DNA of 64,000 nucleotides, taken from NCBI RefSeq assembly GCF_963921235.1, contig NC_086097.1, positions 123,506,001-123,570,000 on the forward strand. The letters are read 5' to 3'. Positions 62,186 through 64,000 of the stretch are shown piece after piece (positions within the stretch are counted from its first letter, which is position 1; each line of letters starts with the position of its first letter). The position numbers and the translations under genes were made by a program. This DNA comes from Mobula hypostoma. Taxonomy: Eukaryota. The notes under the pieces were generated by a model. The model saw nothing but the letters and a program-made list of their open reading frames with translations. It was not told the DNA's origin and did not search any database.

Positions 62186-64000
62186 AGTTTTCATTCAAAC
62201 AAACTCTACTGTAGTATTACGGATAAAGTTTGTAGAAAATCTTACTTCATATCAACCATATTTGCAAAATCAACTCAAAATATATTGTTCACATCAGCAA
62301 CTTTAAATCTTGCTCTAAATAAATAATTGAACAGTTTACATAGGGTAGTTTTCTGGCCTTTTTAGTTTCTGAAGGGCCTCTGTCTCTCCTCACCCAAAGC
62401 CTGACTTCAGCAATACATTCCATTGCTACAGCTGCTAGTCAGGTTAACAAATCAGGAATACTGTGCCTTTCCTGTAACTGCCCAAAAATAATGATGTAGA
62501 ATTGTGGAGAAAAAAAAATCCATACAATAAGCTGCTTTTTTAATGCAGTTTTAGCTTTCTATGTTTCTGTTTAAAACCAAGCTATAAATACACTTATCTG
62601 CCAACGGCAATATTTTCTTGATTCATTAGGAAAACTAAATTGCTACCCTTCTTTCATTTAGCAAATTACCAAACACAACTAAAAATGTTCCTACAGCTGT
62701 CTTCAGGACTGAGGTTACATTTTTTTCCCCCTGAAGTCTTAGTATAAACATCCTGAGTCTGCATTCAGGCATTCTTGAAGCTATTGTGAATTAGGACTGC
62801 TCACAACAAAAGGATTATCTTTTATCATATTGTTTCACAGTATTTCCACCAGTAGAAAATGCTGAAGAGGGAGCTAAAATTGCACTATCACTCATTTAAA
62901 GATCATTCTGCACAAGAAAGTTGTACTTGACACATTTCATCATGTCTGCATAGATATATTGGACGATAGTTCTAATTTGAAACAATAGCTTTGTATTTGG
63001 TTGCCAGCATTAACTCACCTTGACAAAGCAATGCATTTGATGAGGAAAATGCCCAAACTGTTTTGTACAGTTTTACTCTAGTAAAATCTTTCACAGACCA
63101 ACATCTGGTTAAAAAGGCAGGAGCGTGCACTTCATAGAGTCAGATTGCACATTGAGCATCAGAGCACAGGAAGCACTAATTACTTCCATGCATACTTCCT
63201 ACAATTCAGTGACACAGATGTATTTAATGGATGACACCATTTTGAGATGTAAGTGCTAAGTGGATCAAAGATTGGCCATTTAGCAGAATCTATTTAACCA
63301 AGGATAAAGAATTGACATCACAGCTGGAAATAACCTACTGCAAATTTTACTTTTGCTTTCCTTGACACTTAATGCTGAAGTTTTGTGTTTCATTGAAATT
63401 GCTCCCAACATGCAACTCACTTCATTACAGTGTTTGCACAACTCACTTTTCAGTCTTTTACACATATAGAATCTATATTTTAGGGGCATCATAATTCCCT
63501 TGAAAATCATACACTTTAACTTTACAAAGCAAAGACAAAAGTACATCTTCAAATCTGAAAACCTCATTGCTAACATTAGTTTAATAGGTTATTTGTAAGG
63601 TTTTCTTTCCTTCTACTTTGAGAAGTAAAAGCTGGATTTTAATATAAAGTGAGACGAGGCTGTGTTGTATTTGAAGTAGTCCTGTCCGGTAAGATATTTA
63701 TCCCTTTAAATCAGATACTGTACTTGAGAGTTTAGATACTTGTTTGGCCCTAGGTTATCATCACACTAAATGTTGCTTTGTCAAGGTGCCTCTTTATATG
63801 AAGACGCTGTATCTCATTTTACCACATAGTGCTGTGTAAATATTGCTGTATAAGTCTGTCCTGCCAGTATTTTGGAAGAGTTAAAACAGGGTAGTGAAAT
63901 TTAAATGCTGATATAATTAAAACACTCGTGTTTAACCAATATAATTAGAATTGGTAGCATTCAACAAATATTTCTTCAAAACGCTAATTGTTGACTTCTG

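Overview
Eukaryotic, vertebrate-type non-coding DNA. It is most likely from a cartilaginous fish (ray/batoid), inferred only from the repeat repertoire: CR1, Rex1/Babar, L1, RTE, Penelope-like elements, V-domain tRNA SINEs, Tc1 and hAT remnants, and Gypsy-type solo LTRs. I recognise no host protein-coding gene; the ORFs I can assign are transposon relics and the rest look like chance or antisense frames. Most of the window is a mosaic of nested, mostly 5'-truncated retroelements. Main observations: (1) Penelope-like (PLE) pseudo-LTRs carry minimal type-I hammerhead ribozyme motifs, and more than 10 short (90-300 bp) insertions have one boundary in or next to that motif; (2) a ~965-bp Penelope fold-back palindrome sits in a triple PLE-in-PLE-in-PLE nest with readable TSDs and a microhomology template-switch junction; (3) non-autonomous retroelements start with GGAGG..AAGATGGC(G/A)G (YY1-like, as at mammalian L1 5' ends) and end in Rex1-like microsatellite tails, one holding a 21-bp tandem array; (4) a ~13.7-kb five-level nest runs CR1 > Rex1 > tRNA-SINE > near-full-length L1 > Rex1/CR1. 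Family names come from motif recognition by eye, and boundaries without TSDs are approximate.
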